In this document: positions 62,364 to 64,000 of the stretch, in pieces
How the letters are laid out: every line of letters begins with the position of its first letter
Numbering within the stretch: position 1 is the first letter of the stretch
Made by a program: the position numbers and the translations under genes
Notes under the pieces: model-generated
Database searches by the model: none
Told to the model about the DNA's origin: nothing
What the model saw: only the letters and a program-made list of their open reading frames with translations
Source: Solirubrobacteraceae bacterium
Lineage (GTDB): Bacteria > Actinomycetota > Thermoleophilia > Solirubrobacterales > Solirubrobacteraceae
Direction: 5' to 3'
Assembly (NCBI GenBank): GCA_034664425.1
Contig: JAXDHR010000075.1
Span: 3,362-67,361 of the forward strand
DNA length: 64,000 nt

Positions 62364-63086
62364 ATGCGAGAGCTGGACTCGATCTCGATCGTGGGCGCAG
62401 GACGCCTGGGCTTCGCGCTGGCCCGCGCCCTGCGCACCGCCGGCCGTGACGTGACCGGCCCGCTCGGGCGCGGCACCGCGCCCGCCGACGCCGCGCTCGT
62501 CGTGCTGTGCGTTCCTGACGGCGAGATCGCCGCCGCGGCCCGCGCGCTCGAGCCCCGCGACGGCCGCCTGGTCGGCCATTGCTCCGGCGCCACCGCTCTC
62601 GACGCGCTCATGCCGCACGAAGCGTTCTCCCTGCATCCGCTGATGACGGTCCCGCGCGACGCCGCGCCCGGCGTCCTGCAGGGCGCGGGCTGCGCGGTCG
62701 CCGGGACCACGCGGCGCGCGCTCGACGCCGCCCGGGCCCTGGCCGCGAGCGCCGGCATGCGGCCGACCGAGGTCGCCGACGCCGACCGTGCCGCGTACCA
62801 CGCCGCCGCCTCGATGGCGTCCAACTTCCTCGTGACGCTCGAGGGGGCCGCGGAGTCGCTCGCGGCCACGGCGGGGGTCGATCGCGAGCTGCTCGCACCG
62901 CTCGTCCGGGCGGCCGCCGACAACTGGGCTCGGCGTGGCGCGCGGGCGGCGCTGACCGGACCGATCGCCCGTGGCGACGAGGCGACCGTCGCCCGCCAGC
63001 GCGAAGCGGTCGCGGAGCGCACGCCCGAGCTGCTGGCGCTCTTCGACGCGCTCGCCGACGCGACCCGGGAGCTGGCGGCGCAATGA
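62364..63086 (+). CDS. Rossmann-like + DUF2520-type protein (possible PanG-type ketopantoate reductase)
   Basis: 240 aa from the in-frame ATG at 62364. ISIVGAGRLGFALARAL, YHAAASMASNFLV and GPIARGD are present. The stop overlaps the panC start (ATGA). Confidence 0.65.
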   Translation: MRELDSISIVGAGRLGFALARALRTAGRDVTGPLGRGTAPADAALVVLCVPDGEIAAAARALEPRDGRLVGHCSGATALDALMPHEAFSLHPLMTVPRDAAPGVLQGAGCAVAGTTRRALDAARALAASAGMRPTEVADADRAAYHAAASMASNFLVTLEGAAESLAATAGVDRELLAPLVRAAADNWARRGARAALTGPIARGDEATVARQREAVAERTPELLALFDALADATRELAAQ

Positions 63087-63949
63087 GGACGCTGCGCGGG
63101 GTGCCCGAGATCCGTGCGCGCGTCGCCGCCGCGCGCGCGGCGGAGCGCAGCGTCGGCCTGGTGCCGACGATGGGCGCGTTGCACGAGGGCCACCTCGCGC
63201 TGATGCGCGCGGCGCGCGAGCAGTGCGACGAGGTCGTCGCGTCGCTGTTCGTCAACCCGGCGCAGTTCGACGAGGCCGCCGACCTCGCGGCCTACCCGCG
63301 CGACGAGGCGCGCGACGCGGAGCTCGCCGCTGCGGTGGGGGTCGACGTGCTGTTCGCGCCGCCCGCCGAGGCGATCTACCCCCCCGGCTTCGCCACCACG
63401 GTCGCCGTCGCCGGCCTCACCGAGCAGCTCGAAGGTGCGGTCCGCGGCCCCGGGCACTTCGCCGGTGTCTGCACCGTCGTGGCCAAGCTGTTCAACATCG
63501 TCGCGCCCGACGTCGCGTTCTTCGGCGCCAAGGACGCCCAGCAGGTTGCCGTCGTGCGGCGGATGACGACCGATCTCGACCTGCCCGTGCGCATCGAGGT
63601 CGTCGCGACGGTGCGCGAGTCCGACGGCCTCGCTCTCTCAAGCCGCAACGCCCGGCTCTCGCCCCAGGAGCGCGGGCGGGCCGTCGCGCTCTCCGAGGCG
63701 CTGCTGGCCGCCGAGGCGGTCGCCCGCGACGGTGCCGGCGACGGCGCTGCCGTGCGCGACGCCGCCCTCCGGGCGCTCGCCGCGCGCGACGTCGAGCCCG
63801 AGTACGTCGAGCTCGTCGACCCCGAGGCCTTCACCGTGTCCGATGGGGCGCCCGGACGGGTACTTCTCGTCCTGGCCGCTCGCATCGGCGCCACCCGACT
63901 GATCGACAATGCACCCCTCGACCTCCGCCCACCGGCGGCGACCGGCTGA
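63083..63949 (+). CDS. panC: Pantoate--beta-alanine ligase
   Basis: 288 aa from the ATG at 63083. VPTMGALHEGHLALM, SLFVNPAQF, GPGHFAGVCTVVAKLFN, FFGAKDAQQ and SSRN are present. Confidence 0.95.
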   Translation: MRTLRGVPEIRARVAAARAAERSVGLVPTMGALHEGHLALMRAAREQCDEVVASLFVNPAQFDEAADLAAYPRDEARDAELAAAVGVDVLFAPPAEAIYPPGFATTVAVAGLTEQLEGAVRGPGHFAGVCTVVAKLFNIVAPDVAFFGAKDAQQVAVVRRMTTDLDLPVRIEVVATVRESDGLALSSRNARLSPQERGRAVALSEALLAAEAVARDGAGDGAAVRDAALRALAARDVEPEYVELVDPEAFTVSDGAPGRVLLVLAARIGATRLIDNAPLDLRPPAATG

Positions 63950-63980
63950 GCCGGCGCCGACCATGCTCAAGGAGCAGTCC

Positions 63981-64000
63981 ATGTCCTCCGCCCCCCGTCC
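63981..64000 (+). CDS. Start of an unidentified CDS (truncated by the window end)
   Basis: AAGGAG, 6 nt, then ATG (MSSAPR...). Only 20 nt are visible. Confidence 0.3.

Noticed and set aside
1-64000. CRISPR arrays, transposases or IS elements, prophage genes, toxin-antitoxin pairs, or known defence systems (restriction-modification, Abi, CBASS, retron and similar).
   Set aside because: I saw no regularly spaced repeats. No ORF carries a DDE or serine/tyrosine recombinase, Cas, nuclease-helicase or methyltransferase-restriction signature. The only repeats are short GC-rich hairpins and low-complexity coding tracts.

Overview
This is a 64 kb, very high-GC (roughly 70%+, GC3-saturated) and gene-dense chromosomal segment of Actinomycetota type. 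I cannot assign a genus from sequence alone. I support about 66 CDS, one tRNA-Gln(CUG), one yybP-ykoY-type Mn2+ riboswitch, several GC-rich terminator hairpins and a handful of promoter-like elements. Most long ORFs in the six-frame track are Arg/Ala/Pro-rich shadow ORFs lying antisense or out of frame to the real genes. I chose real genes by family motifs and chose starts by frame arithmetic.

Left half (1-35 kb), metabolism and housekeeping:
- Fe-ADH, two thioesterases, two aldo/keto reductases (AKRs) and a MOSC protein.
- TerC with its riboswitch, and a MarR-MFS pair.
- A GH3 hydrolase and an unusual FtsH paralog.
- A heterodimeric ABC exporter.
- A Crp-like regulator.
- A TrkA/APC-Usp operon and the H+-pyrophosphatase.
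- A tsaE-tsaB-rimI-tsaD operon extended by glutaredoxin-like, rex, GCS2 (YbdK-type carboxylate-amine ligase) and DUF1844 genes.

Right half (35-61 kb), a cell-envelope glycan island:
- Four GT4 glycosyltransferases (one fused to a MOP flippase) and two GT2.
- An AftD-like 1403-aa GT-C, two ArnT/PMT_2-like GT-C paralogs and an orphan GT-C-like membrane protein.
- A Wzy/O-antigen-ligase-like protein and a Wzx flippase.
- Two AT3 acyltransferases and a methyltransferase.
- A TAPS-rich LPXTG protein.
- An embedded orphan histidine kinase, an adhesin-fold lipoprotein and a group-2-like sigma factor.

The window ends with UDG, a DUF2520 protein and panC.

I found no CRISPR array, transposase, integrase, prophage or recognisable defence system. 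The most unusual items are the composition of the glycan island (especially the GT4-flippase fusion), the FtsH paralog with AAA-domain insertions, the RCK/APC-Usp operon, a structured ~250-nt non-coding region upstream of the sigma gene, and widespread leaderless-type promoters and 4-nt start/stop coupling. All functional calls rest on motif recognition by eye, not on database searches.
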